This document shows, in pieces, positions 1-12,640 of a stretch of 64,000 bases of DNA. The translations under genes were made by a program, and so were the position numbers. Position 1 is the stretch's first letter. Every line of letters starts with the position of its first letter. Origin of the DNA: Lama glama (Eukaryota); the NCBI GenBank assembly GCA_028534125.1, contig CM052832.1, positions 13,642,001 through 13,706,000 of the forward strand, read 5' to 3'. The notes beneath the pieces are model-generated. The model did no database searches. It saw nothing but the letters and a program-made list of their open reading frames with translations, and had not been told where the DNA came from.

Positions 1-856
1 ACAGGAACTTGAGTAAGCTGTAGGCAATGTGGTCACTATTATCTGCCCCCTGTGGCTAAGGGTCCCACCAGACCAGGGAGTAGTCTACAGCCAAGTAGGA
101 ATACAGCAGGCTACAGCTTTCTGAGCCAAAATGCAACCCCTTGGAGTTGTCTGACCTCTGGCTTTTCATTAAAAAAATCTCAGTAACCAAAAATGCCTAA
201 TTTTGAACCAAATGGAGGGGGAGAGGATATAAAGGTGTAAGAAGATGGAGAATCTGAAAACTTATTTGGCTAAACTACTCCAAAATAGACTTGGGGTCAG
301 AATTTAAGCCAATAACACATGGGGGGGGGGGAATAGGTGGGAAGGGAATTCATGAGAGCCCATAATCTCCACCCTAATGACAATACTGTAAGGTGGGTCA
401 CATTATTCCCATGTTCCAAAAAATGGAAAGGCAACTTAGGAACAGAGGCTGATAAATTGTCAAAGTCACTAATGCAGCTAACAAAATGGTGAAGCCAGGC
501 AGGATCTGAACCCATGATCTCTCTGTTAAACCATGCTGTGTCCCCAAATTGGCTCGGTGTTCCTGTGGTATTTCCACTGAAAGGAAGATAAGTAGGGCTA
601 AACAAGAAGATGGACACTAAGAAGGATGTTCATGTCGAGCTGGACACTGCTCACCTAGGCCTTGTGTCTTTCCATGGTCAGACATCCCTGCCCCAAAGCC
701 AAGCTTACAAAGTCAAGGCCTAGGCCTTTCCCCAAAGGACAGATTCCCCAACCAACGCCCATGCCAAGCACACCTGCCCAGATGCAGGCAGCCCCCTCCC
801 TCTACAACCCCTTGGCCATGGAGGGTCCCAACAGCATTTGTGCAGGTGGGGAAAAG

Positions 857-1120
857 AATAATAATAATAAAATAGCAGCAGCAGCAGTAGCCACCATTTA
901 TTGAGCGCTTACTATTTGCCAGGCACTGTGCTGAGTGCTTTACTCACATTATTTCATCTATTTCTCCCAATGACCTTATTAGGTAGGTTCATTTACAAAT
1001 AAACTATGGCTGAAAGAAGTTAAGTAACTCATCATATAGGTAAGATCACATAGGTAAGTAGTGATAGAAGCAGGATTCAAATGCAGGTCTGTCTGGTTCT
1101 TAGCCACCATGCTGTGCTGG
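857..1120 (-). mobile_element. MIR SINE
   Basis: Reverse-complement MIR core (atttattgagcgcttactatttgccaggcactgtgctgagtgcttta...ggattcaaatgcaggtctgtctgg). Confidence 0.8.
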
Positions 1121-2023
1121 TCCCTGTAAGACACCACCTATGAGAGCAGACCTGACAACCAAAAAGTATAGCCCCAGGGCATAACCACCCTGCAGAGGGG
1201 AACTAAGCAAGAACCCACTCACCTAAGGGAAGAGGGGAGCCTAGAACAGTTTTGTGACTAGAAGACCCATTTCCAGTTGACTGATTCTAACTCCAGCCAT
1301 GGCTCACAAGAGCCCCTCACCCCGATCTTCTCTGCTCATGTCTCCTTTCCAGACTGACAGGTCTGGATGCCTGTTCTGCTCACATACTCCCCACTGCCCT
1401 CTAGTACTTTCTCTCTATCCTTTACATCAAGGAGACAGACAGCAGGAGCAGAACCTGGAAATGTCATAAGCCCCAGCTGTGGTCCAAGGTCTGTCACTTT
1501 CCCCTGGTTCCTTTCAGCCCTTAGAACAGGACTTGGCATATAGTAAGTGCTCAATAAACATCTTGTTGAATGAATAAAGGAGTGAACAACTTTACCTCCT
1601 GTGGCCGCAGTTTCTTCATCTAGGGGTGTGGGAGAAGGTGCAAGGACTATGTTAGATGAATAATCTTCAAGATACCTTCCTGCTCTAACACTGTATACTT
1701 TTTAATGAACATCATCAGTGTGATAAGCCTTCGCTGGAAAATCTTCCTTGATTCTTGCTTCTCTGCCTAGCTCCCATCCCTCCAACTGCTCCAGCTACCT
1801 CTCTGATGGTTTAAAACAGGTACAACAGTTTCTCCACAGACTCAGTGGGGGCCAAGGTAACTTAGCTACACAACTGAGCTGAGTAATCTTCTTTCCTCTA
1901 ACTCTAAAAGCTTCTCAGGAGAATAGTGTATCTTCCCCACATGACCATCCCCTTACACAAAGTCCCCATTATTTCCAGGACAGAGACTTCGGGACAGCAG
2001 ATACTCATACTGACCCCTTGAAA

Positions 2024-2247
2024 CAGTAGTTCTCAATTGGAAATAATTCTATCCCCAAAAGGGTTACTGGAAACATATGTGGGCAGCATCTGAGGTTGTC
2101 ACAAAGGCCAGTTAATGATGATGGGAATGCAAATGACACATATAGGCAAAGACCAGGGATGCTAAACATTGAGAAATATACGGACAGTCCTAATAATTAA
2201 TTACCATCCTGTCCAAAATTCCACTTGTGCCCTGCTAAAAAATACTG
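2024..2247 (+). mobile_element. MER20-like hAT DNA transposon relic
   Basis: cagtagttctcaa start; ggttgtcacaa...ccagggatgctaaacat...ggacagtcc motif series. Confidence 0.6.
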
Positions 2248-2503
2248 CCTTAAACATCCTGGGTTTCTAAGCAATTGAAGTATCTGTCTCACTCTGAACC
2301 AAAGGAAATACATTGCTCTGAAGGGCACAATCAAAACCACAAACCAGGCCAGGCGAGCCCAGGGCCCAAAGGAGAAGTCTAAATTTGAGAGCACAGAAGA
2401 GAACAGATATTCACCAACCTTGGGGAAGGAAGCCTGGCTTAGGGCCAACATCAGCCCAAGAAGAAACCACAAGTTCCTGGGAAGCCCTCCTGGGCAGGCT
2501 CAC

Positions 2504-3957
2504 CTGTAAGAGGGTATCTGTGGGACAGCGACCATGGGGACAGTGGAGGGTGTCTCTCGGCCCACTTCCTCTGGCTCCTTCTTGATCCTTTGCTTCAAAG
2601 TCATCTTGTTCTTCTTGGACACTCCCTTGAGGGAGCTGCCTACCCCACCTTGACCTTCATCTTCCTCCTCTTCTTCTACCTCATCCTTCTCCTCCTCCTC
2701 CTCCCCACAGCCCTCCTTCAGCCCTTCCTCATCCCCAACCTCACTGAGGCTTCCAGGGGAGTCACCCTTCCTCCTAGTAGTGGCAGCACCTGGCGGTGAG
2801 TGGGCCTCACAGTAGGCGGTCTTGCGCACTGTGAAGATGGTGCCATTGAGGCTGGTCTCACGCATTGGCTCAATCTTCATGAAGAGCCCAGCTCGCTGTG
2901 CACACGTCACGTGGAAGGCTGTGTAGCAGTTCACCTTATGGCACTGGATGGCTGCACCTAGCCCCTTCTGCTTGCAGATATAGCAGGTTAGTTTCCAGCG
3001 GGCAGGCGGGATGTTATCAATACCCTCAATAGGCTCCAGGAACACAGTGTTAGCAAAGCAGACTTCAGGAATCCAGATGGCACACACCACGTGGGCCCAG
3101 TGCCCATCACTGGTCTGTTTGAAGGCGCCACCCTTATTGGGGCAGAGAACACAATCCACAGGCCGGGAGGGAGACTGTAAGCAGCAGCGGCATAGCCACT
3201 GGCCCTCGGGGATGTAGGGGACACCATAGCACTCCTGGTGTACAGCCAGGTTGCAGATGTCACAGAAGAGAATGACATTGCTGTTGTGGCATTCATCATC
3301 CAGGCACACGCAGCAGAAAGCATCTTCATCAATGAGTGACTGTTGGGCCCCACTGCTGCGACTCTCCAAGTACGACTCCTTCTCAAGTCGGTCCACCAGC
3401 AGCTCAAAGGTATCTGCCGACACCAAACTGTGCCCATCTACTCGCCGCTTCTCATTCACCATGTCCAGCCAGGCAAGGTCCTCCTCATCCATGTCGTACT
3501 CTACCTCTGCATCCAGGTCTTCAGGTGGCTTCTCAATGTAGCGGTAGTAGGCAGCAGGCAGCGGGGGTGCCTCTGGCTGGCTGCCTGAGTCCACCATGCG
3601 GAAGCTGGGTTGTGGAAGGTGGAAGGAAGTGCCGGATGCATGCTTGGAGCAGGACTCCTTCTTCTTGCCCTTGGATGAGGGTTTTTTGGACTTGCCAGGG
3701 AACTGAGGCTGCTCACTGTTTTCCTTGTTACTATTGCATTCCGTGATATCCTGGGCAGTCAACTCATCCTCTGTGATGATCTTGAGTGGGTCGTAGATGC
3801 TGATACGATGCAAACGTCCATCAATGTCCACCTCAACAATCCGCTGGGCCTGGGCATATGTCAGGGTCTCCCGGGTGGGTGAGCACTTCAGACTATAGGG
3901 GGATGGCGAGCGCCGGCCCTCGGCATTCTGCCGCGACTTCCGGCGAGGCTTCCTCAT
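2504..3957 (-). CDS. BRPF3: Bromodomain and PHD finger-containing protein 3, first coding exon (exon 2); gene continues beyond the left edge of the window
   Basis: ATG at 3957 (GCCATGAGG) opens [58 protein letters not shown], then an EPC-like region ([14 protein letters not shown]) and the PHD-Zn knuckle-PHD module ([31 protein letters not shown]...[29 protein letters not shown]). Donor CAG|GTGAGC at 2504/2503; acceptor CCTTAG|GCC at 3983. Confidence 0.97.
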
Positions 3958-4089
3958 GGCACCTGGGAACCAAAGGGATAGGCCTAAGGAGAGAAGGCCA
4001 GGAGACTGTGAGTGATCTGGATGTTCAGGCATGCATGCAATCATTCACCCTTCTATCTGATCAAGTAGCCACCAAGCAAACTGGCTGTT

Positions 4090-4435
4090 CCCTCTGTCTG
4101 AATATCCTGACCCTCAGACATCCAGATGACTTGCTCCTTCACCTTCTTCAAGTTTTCCACAAACAGTGCTTCTCAGTGAGACCTTCTCTGACCATTCTAT
4201 CTAAAATTGCAAAACCCTCTCCTCTACCAGCAATCTTTCACCCTGCTTTTTTTTTCACTGTAACACTTACCATTGTTTACTGTGCTATGTAATTTACCTA
4301 TTTCTCACGTATGTTTGCTTCCTTCCACTAGAATGTAAGCTCAATGAGAGGAGAGATTGTCACTGCTGTATCTTCAGTACATGGAATGGTGCCTGGCTCC
4401 TAAGTAAGCACTTAATAAGTATTAGTTAAATGAAA
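4090..4435 (+). mobile_element. L2 LINE 3' end
   Basis: ctagaatgtaagctc...cactgctgtatc...gtgcctggc...cacttaataagtattagttaaatgaa. Confidence 0.75.
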
Positions 4436-6519
4436 TGAGAAATCAAACACGCATGATCCCTGCCCTCAAGGAGTTGTCTGACTGAAGGGACAGAGAAGTA
4501 AACAAATCACTACAGTGCAACATGGGGAGAGATCTAATGTCCTAATGATGTACATAAGGCTGTGGAACAGCTAATTATGAAAGAGGAGAGGGTGGTTAGA
4601 GCTTTAAATAAAAAAACAAGACAGCATCCATTTACAAGCTTTGTACATGAACAATGGCCCCACTGGGGAATCAAAAATCCACAGGTCTAGAGCCCTCTCC
4701 GAACCTATCTTACCATGATTAGAAACCCCATCCCCTGACCATGCTGGGGGTGAAGGGGTGAAGGCACCTAAAATGTCTACCACTTGTGGTCTAAGGACTT
4801 CAAACTACCGTATGCAAGGTTTTGTCTGCAAAAGGTAGCATTCAGGATGCACTGGCTAGTGCACATCTCTAAGCAGAAACCCTGGAAGCTCTGGGAGTGG
4901 TCCAAGTGTCACTGAAGTTATAAGTGGTCTATCTGGGACCCTCAGTGGATCTAAGGCCAGGTTAACTGGGGCAATATCTGAGGTAAACTTTCAATGCATT
5001 CTGTTACCCCAAAAGTCCCTCTCTCCCAAAATATATCCAGTCTATCCTTGTGCAACAAAGAGAAAGCTCTAAATTTTTCTCACATCATTCTCTGGATGGA
5101 GGGAACTATGACAAGCTCATAAAGAGCTGTGGTAGGCAGTTACTGAGACCATCAGTACCAGGAAAGACCTTTGGGGATATGGTGTCCTGTGGTATGGGCA
5201 GAGACTGGAAGAGTATGAATAGGCAGAGGATTTCAAGGAGAAAAACAGAATTTGTCACCCTTGCTGTGGGATCTATCACCTTTATCTATAAAGAGGAGAT
5301 GGTGATAATTTAGCACACTTTTACAAACTACAAAGCCTTTTTACTTTTAGTATTTCTCACAACTAGCTTGGAAGGTAGAAAAGATATTCTCATCTCCATT
5401 TTACAGCGGAAGAAACAGAAGCTCAGAAAGCTGTCACTCAACCTAAAACTAGTAAGTAATAAAGCTACAATTCAAACCTGGATCTTCTGATTTGCTCAAC
5501 TCATCTCCCTGCGATGTAAGAACACCAGAGATACCATGGTCGGGTACAAAAAGAGGCTCTGGGGTTATCTAGGTCTAATCTTGGCCCTGTGTGACCCAGA
5601 GAAAGTCAATGAATCTCTCTGTGCCCCCATACTCTATCAGTAAATGAATTTAATAAAATTATCACTTAAGGGTTGCTATTTGTTAATAAGGTATTACGAA
5701 CATTCTTATTTAAAAGGCCTTCCAAACTCAAAGTGTGACTCAAACAAACAAACAAAAACCAACTTGACTGAGGAACAGTGCCAAGTAGGCACACACCCCA
5801 CTTGGAACTAAAGGAAACAGAATCATCACAGGAATCCTGTCTAGGTTCCAGCGGCCCTTGGCTACTACCCGCCTAACAAATGCCAACTCCCTGGGGGGCA
5901 ACCTGGGCCAACAGACCTACTTTATTGCCCCCATCCCTTCAAGGGCATGGAGACACTTGCAGAGGTGTGAAAATCTACCTCAATAGTAACCTGAAATAGT
6001 TCTGAGAGGGGGTGTGGCCCCTCCTTTGTTAAAGCCACTGTGTATTCTCCCTCCCTATCGCTACCTAGGCAGCTCTTAGCAGGTATCTCAACTAAGCAGC
6101 AAGCATCTACAGAGAGCTCTGCTGTGCTACCCAAGCCTCTATACACTGGAGGGAAAACTCTAGAAGGGGAAGGAAAATGCTGCTGAGGAAAATGAAATCA
6201 GTTTCGCCCGCAAGGAGCTTACAGTCTAGTTTTTTGGCGAGAGTTTCTCATCCCACACAGCCCTTCCCACGTACACAACTCCACAACATCCCCAGAGATC
6301 TCGGCACCCCCTGAGCCCTCACTGGCCCACCTCACCCAGGTCCGCGACGAATGAGGAGTTTCTGCAATTAGACTGTTTCCCCTGCACTCTACACGAGATA
6401 CTCATGAGACAAGTAAGGACCCTGGCCAAGTCTCCTGCCCCTTTAAAGGGGCACCTCTTCCAGAATAATCTTGACCCTTCGGAGAAGAAAGGAGGGAAAT
6501 AACATCTCCTCACCAGAAG

Positions 6520-7700
6520 GGAGGGGGCAAGCGCGCCAGAGGCACTGACGCGGAGTCCGATCCCTCAGAAAGCTAGCTCCTGCGAACAAGCGGGGCACGG
6601 AGGCGAGCGTCCATTGGCCGCCTCACCTGCCCGTCAGCAGGAATCGTGGGGCCAAGAGACGCTCAAGGGGTGGAACTCTCATCTGGACTGACCAATTGGA
6701 GAGCGTGGCGGAGGCGGGGCTCGGCGGCTCGGCTTCCAGGGCCGGGGGAGGGAAACAAGATGGCGGCTGCGGGAGGGGGTCCTCGATTTTCAGCTCCCCC
6801 CTCACCCGCCTTCTTCTTCCCCGCCGCCGCCCTCGCTCTAGGAGAGAGCTTTCGCGCCGCCCCTGCCCTGCTCAGGAAGTCCGCTGTTTCCCTCCCCAAC
6901 CCCAAGCAGTCCCTGGTCCCCGTAGGCCCCGCTGCCCCCGCCCCGGCTCCCGTTCCGTCCGGCCCCGCTGCCGCCCCCATTACCTCAGCCGCCAGCCCGG
7001 CCCCTCCGTTCGGGGCCCCTGGGCGCGGGCCAGCCCTCCGTCGAGCAGGTCGGCGCGGCCCTGGGAGAGGAGCGCAGATTCCTACTGCGCTGGCCTCCGC
7101 GGCCACCGCCGTGCCCCCTCCCGGCCCGCTCTGGGGCCCCGGCCCGGCTGCCGCCGCCGCCGCTACAGGGGGAGGAGGGGGAATGGAGCCGCCGCCGCCG
7201 CTGCCGCCACGGAGCCCGGCCGAGGGGAGGAGGGATCAGCCCCCAGGCAGGATCCGCCCCTCCGGCCTCCCCCCCGCCGCCACCTCCACCCCTTCCCTCG
7301 CTCCCTCCCTGGCTCTGCGGGCTCTCCCGCTGAACAGGAGCGAGAGCGCGAAAGAGGGGGGAAACGGGGGGAAAAAATCCCCCCGCCCGTGCCCGGCGCG
7401 GCGGCGGCCGGGGCGGCGCGGAGAGGAGCGCGGAGCTGCTGCCGCCACAGGGCACGGTCCCCTGCTCGGCCTCACGGTGGCGGTGCGGACGCGGCAGGGG
7501 CGCGGAGCAAAGACGGGATCTGTGTCCGCCTCAGCCGCGGCTTCACCCTGGCTCAGCTTGCCCCTGGGCGAGCCCGATGTGAGAGCTGGGGGACGTTCGG
7601 GTCCATTTGGGAAAGACAGAGGTTTTTAACTTTAGAGTGGTTAGTCGTCCCCTCCCCCCAGCCCTGCGAAGAAGGTGGCTAAGGTCTGGGACAACAAACC
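6520..7700. promoter_or_regulatory. CpG island / BRPF3 promoter, probably bidirectional
   Basis: Very high GC and CpG density, GC boxes, CCAAT at about 6692, YY1 motif CAAGATGGCGGC at 6756-6767. Confidence 0.9.
6984..7240 (-). other. BRPF3: Probable non-coding exon 1 (5' UTR) of BRPF3; 5' boundary approximate
   Basis: GC-rich, (GGC)n-containing segment without ATG, ending in minus-strand donor GAG|GTAATG at 6984/6983, inside the CpG island upstream of the coding exon. Confidence 0.7.
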
Positions 7701-9815
7701 CCCTCCTGAGCTAAAGGGTCCCTCCAAAGGTTAAACCAGGACAATCATTTAAGTCAAAACTGGTCTGTAGTTTCTTGGGGTGCAGGTGCCTGCACTACTC
7801 GCAGAAAGTCGCCCTCCTCCCCCCGTGCTCCAGTCCGGAGGACAAAGGTCTGTCGATGTCCATACTCTCAGTGAGGACCGCCGGGGAAGACTCGCCTCTG
7901 TTGTGTACAGGTGAGCTTCTTGTTCCCCACAAGACATCCTTATTAAGAAACAGACCTGACTTTTCGCTGTGTGCCATCCTCTCCATTCTGTGTTTAAAAG
8001 AGTAAACATAAAAGTTTGACAATCTATTTAAGGACGTCTGGTTGGTCACTGTAGATAAGGGAAACTCTTAAACCTGATACGGCTAGGAGTCGGTTATTTT
8101 AATGCAATAAGCGGCTTTCTAATAGATGTTTGACAAACGGCGACTTAAGATTTTCAGATGTGATCAGACTGGCTTTTCCTTTGGTAAATAAATTTAGAAG
8201 AGAAGAGAAGAGGGCTTCTTTGTCACCCCCGTTTTGCCTATAAATTGGATAACTTATACCTCGTATAACTGAAGTCTGAAGCACCAATATTTAATGATGT
8301 TTATAATGGGTGTATGAATAGGCTGCCTTTAAATGTGGAGATGAATGGCATATTTTGAAAGCGTTTCCGATGCCCGCGCTGGTGGTGTAGCTTGATAAGA
8401 CAATTTCTAGCTTGGTTCTGATGATCAAGGACACAGATTCTAGAGTCAGAGAAAGAAGGATTAAGACTTAGGATCCAAGTCTTCTAAATGTTTAAACTGA
8501 ACGAACTGCTACCTTTGAATGATAGGTGTTCATTATCCTAAGAAATTTAAGCATATTGTGTTTTGAATTTGAAAGTTTGATAAAGGTAAGGAAGCAAATT
8601 TGTATTATAAAGATGTTTTCCTGATTACTTGGTAGCACCTTCTGGCAAAGTGATAGCAAAATTACTTCATTAACCAATTCTTTTTTAAAGAAAAAGGGAG
8701 TGGCACGTGGAGGTAAGCAAGGGCAGGGCAATGTTTTGAAAGCTGTGAAGGTGAAATAATATGAAATTAATGTCAAGTGTTCTAAGGCTGGGGGAATAAT
8801 CATTTAGAAGGAAGGTGTGGAAGAAAAGATGATTAACTGTGGAAGGGAAAACCCCAGAGGCAAGAGAATATTATAATTACTTTTAGTTTAAAAAAAAAAG
8901 ATTTGTCTCTGATAGAAACAAGAATACTGAATTTCATTTCTTGTTCCTTTAAAATGTGAACTATAACCATTTCTACATATGACTAGTAAGTTTCATTTCT
9001 TGATAGATGTTCTTAAAATGTACACTTCTATTTGTGTGATTGGGAGCTATATTTTTCTACTGAAATTAAAAAATGAATAAATACTCTCAGAAAATATATT
9101 AGTCTGCACTTGTAACAGAAAGTGAAATGATGATTTGAATGCTATTGAAAATTAATTGTTAACCTGATACATATGATTTCCAGGTTTTTCTATTCAAAGC
9201 TTTCATAGTAAGACCTAATTCAACCTAAGTGTTTCTTTCATTTTCTACTTCCACTTTCTTAATGGTAACATTACAGTTGTCCTCACTTTTATTTTTAATA
9301 TTTGGAATTGGTTCCTGTTAGCACACATAACCAGTTCACTATGATGTAATTTCAGATGTAACACGGGACAGTTATGTCATTAAAAACAAATTTGGAACAG
9401 GTATCAAAAATCCCATAGGCACTAAATTTAATTCACTTTAATCTTTAGCTATCTTAAAGAGATTAAATTTACCAGCCCTTGGCCTTTCCATTAAACCATA
9501 CAGCAATTAAATTCAACAAAAAGAGACAGAGATCTTTGATTCCAAATAGTAGTTTTTAAAGACTCTGCTTTTTAAAGTAGAGACTAACTTATTTGGAGTA
9601 AGAGAATGTTTTACCATTTAGAACCGAGAGAGGAAACGTGACTACAAAAACTTTCCCTCAATTTTTTTCCCCTAGCATCTCAGGATAGCTTTGTCAGTGC
9701 TTTAGTATTATCAGTAGTTTACCAAAGCAAGAAACCTCAGATGCAATACCCACTGGATTAACAAAATATGTGTGATGTGAAGAAAATAGGTTTTAATTGA
9801 GTGTTAAATTATTTT

Positions 9816-9842
9816 ATTGAGTTATAGTCAGTTTACAATGTT
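9816..9842 (-). mobile_element. Ultra-short (about 27-30 bp) L1 3'-terminal insertion with 15-bp TSD
   Basis: Flanked by direct repeat gtgttaaattatttt (9801-9815, 9843-9857); reverse complement matches the L1 terminus at about 32832-32860. Confidence 0.75.
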
Positions 9843-12272
9843 GTGTTAAATTATTTTTAATGGAATATTCCTTCCTTAAACTTTGGCTAAAAGAATTCTG
9901 AAATCATAGTGGGAAGAATATTGGAGGTTGGAATCATTGTGATATTTTTATGCTGTAATGAAAATGCTTTAAGAATATAGTTTGCTTAGAAAAAGAAAAA
10001 ATTTAGCTATGCTGACAACAGGCTTTAAACTGAATACCACACCCTCTAAATTTAATTCCACTCATTTATTCCTATAACAGACCCTTTTTGAACACCTACT
10101 CTGTGTCCAACACTGTGTAAATTGCTTTGGAAAATAATGACAAAATCTCAACCTAGAAAGGGTATAGTAATGATATGTAAGCATAGAATATATTTTTCCT
10201 TGCCTTGAACAGTGTACAATCAAGCAAGCTAGAAATAACTGGAAGACACATGCAGGAGACATTAGGTAAGGCAGTGAACAGTGTAGAGCCACCACTATTC
10301 AAATGGAGGATAGGACACTTCTTTTAGCCTGGTTCTAAGTAGTGATGGATGTGAATTGGTGAAAAGAGCGTGGAATGGCATTATTAGGCTGAAGATAGGG
10401 CAGCCGAGGCAAAGGGACAATATGCAGGGAATAATAAGGAAAATATCCTAGCTGGTCTGTATGGGAAGATGTAAAAAAAAAGAAAAGGTCGAATTGGATG
10501 TGAGTTTGGCAAGGGTATAGGGATAATCAAAAATAATACCTAATACTTCTGTGCAAGGTACTGTGTTTAGTGCTTTAACACACTGTATTTATTTAAAAAT
10601 CTTTATTGCACTTAGAAAACAAACTCAAACTAGTTTAATTAATAAAGGACGTCTACTGATTCTCATAACCAGAAAGTGCAGGGGTGCATCTGGTTTTAGG
10701 TAAGATCAAGTCAAGGGACTCAAATTATGTCACTGGGACACGGTCTTTTACTGTCTCTCAGCCAACCTGAACAATAGCTGTGGCCAGAAAGGCATGATAC
10801 TCTGATGAGGTCTGGTCATTATTCATGTCCAGAACCAGAGGATGTGGGCAGAATTCTCTAAAGATACAGTGGGCACTACCAAATAGATCCAGTATGCATG
10901 CCATACCTCATTTATCAATTTGTAACTATGAAATTATTAGTATTATGGTATCCATTATACATAGGATAAACTAGAACAGGAATAGTATTGGGTAAACCAG
11001 GAAGAATTTATTATCGATAATTAGGCTTTGTGAAAGTAAAAGAGCATTAACCAGAATGGTAGAAGAGATGGTAGAGAAAGGAAGGGTCAAATCAGGAATC
11101 AGAAAACAAATCAACAGTTTGATGACTGATTGGACTTAGGAACAAAGGAGAAGATCGGTGATGAATCTAAGTTCAAACTTAGGAGGTTTTGACAACACTG
11201 GTACAATCATTGCAAATTAAGAGGCTGGCAAAGGGTTACTCAGGAGCCCCTGTTGGGTCTAAGGGCCCAGGATTAAGGAAGTAAGTCAGCTCAAGTTCTC
11301 GGGAGCCTCTTTTGGTCACACTAAATTACATATTCATTCAGCAATTATTTGTGAGCTGCCTGTTAGGTTCTGTTATATGCCTGTGAAGACCACAAGGGTG
11401 AAAAGGCTATGCTCTTACTCTTGAAGTCACTTAAAATCTAATCACAGGAAGAAAGCATGTATCTTAATAACTAAAACATGTGACAAGGTATAAGCACCTC
11501 AAGAGAGATGCAAGCAAAGTGGCATGAGAGTTTAAAGAAGAGGGGAAGGCTCTGTGAGAAAGGTACCATTTGAACTCCACCTTAAATCTTGTGTTGAGTG
11601 TCAGCTAGGAGGATGGTAGAGGGAGCGTGGTCCAGGCTGAGCACCCGGATGAGCAGAGGAAGATGGGACACCATAAGATTGATTCAGAGAACAAGAGGTT
11701 ACCCCTTTTGACCAAAAATGGGAGATGTGAGAGAAAAGACTGGAAAGGTAAAACAAAGTCGGAGCATAGAGTCTGTTGGGTAGGGAACTGGATGTGAAGG
11801 GGTAGTAGTTCCTTATGATTTTTAAAGCAGGGAAATGGCTTGAATAATTCAAGCTGTAAGATTTAGCCAGGCAAGAGAGTATGGTACAATGTGGTTTGAA
11901 AGATCCACTTGATATGGCTTGCATTGGCCTCTTTGGACTTGAATTCTGGCTAGAACATTTTACCATATACTCAGTGGGATACTAACCCACAAACCTGGAA
12001 GTAAATAGTATGTGGCAAGTCTAAATTGTTTTACCTGATTTAATGTCTTTTCATTTCAACTTTTAATTAGCATTTTTGTTAAATCCTAAACTTTTACTTG
12101 TGAGTGAAACCAGGACACCATAAAATGTTTCCATATTTTAGCAAAAGAACTGACCCTGCAAGTAGCCATCTACTTGGTATAATATTACTAAAGAGAGAAA
12201 ATGCACAAAAATAATAGTACCTACCAAACTAGAACCTGCGTTTTAACAGAATTCCCCTAGGTGATTCATATG

Positions 12273-12640
12273 TGTGATGGTTAATTTTATGTGTCAACTT
12301 GTCTGTGCTAAGGAATGCCCAGGTAGCTGATAAAACATTATTTCTGGGTGTGTCTGTGAAGGTGTTTCTGGAAAAGATTAGCTTTTTAATCAGTAGACTG
12401 AGTAAAGAAGATCACCCTCACCAATGTGGATGGGCATCATCCTATCTGTTGAGGGCTAGAATGGGACAAAAAGTAGAGGAAGGCTGAATTTGCTCTCTTC
12501 ATTAGCCAGAGCATTGTCTTCTCCTGCCCTTGGACTTTGGTGCTCCTGGTTTCCAGGCCTTGGACTTGGACTGAATTATACCAGTAGCTTTCCTGGTTCT
12601 CCAGCTTGCAGATGACAGATCATAGGACTTGTTGGCCTCA
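12273..12640 (+). mobile_element. MLT2 (ERVL) LTR
   Basis: tgtgatggttaattttatgtgtcaact...aaacattatttctgggtgtgtctgtgaaggtgtttctgga. Confidence 0.85.

Noticed and set aside
2590..3746. Antisense and alternative-frame ORFs over BRPF3 exon 2
   Set aside because: Shadow ORFs of a GC-rich coding exon
3958..4044. 29-aa N-terminal extension of BRPF3 in the ORF track (MIACMPEH...)
   Set aside because: It runs through the exon 2 acceptor at 3983 into intron 1. After splicing to exon 1, an in-frame TGA precedes the true ATG at 3957.
6646..7682. Several overlapping 147-328 aa ORFs on both strands
   Set aside because: Pro/Arg/Gly/Ala-rich frames are expected from stop-codon depletion in a CpG island; no domain recognised
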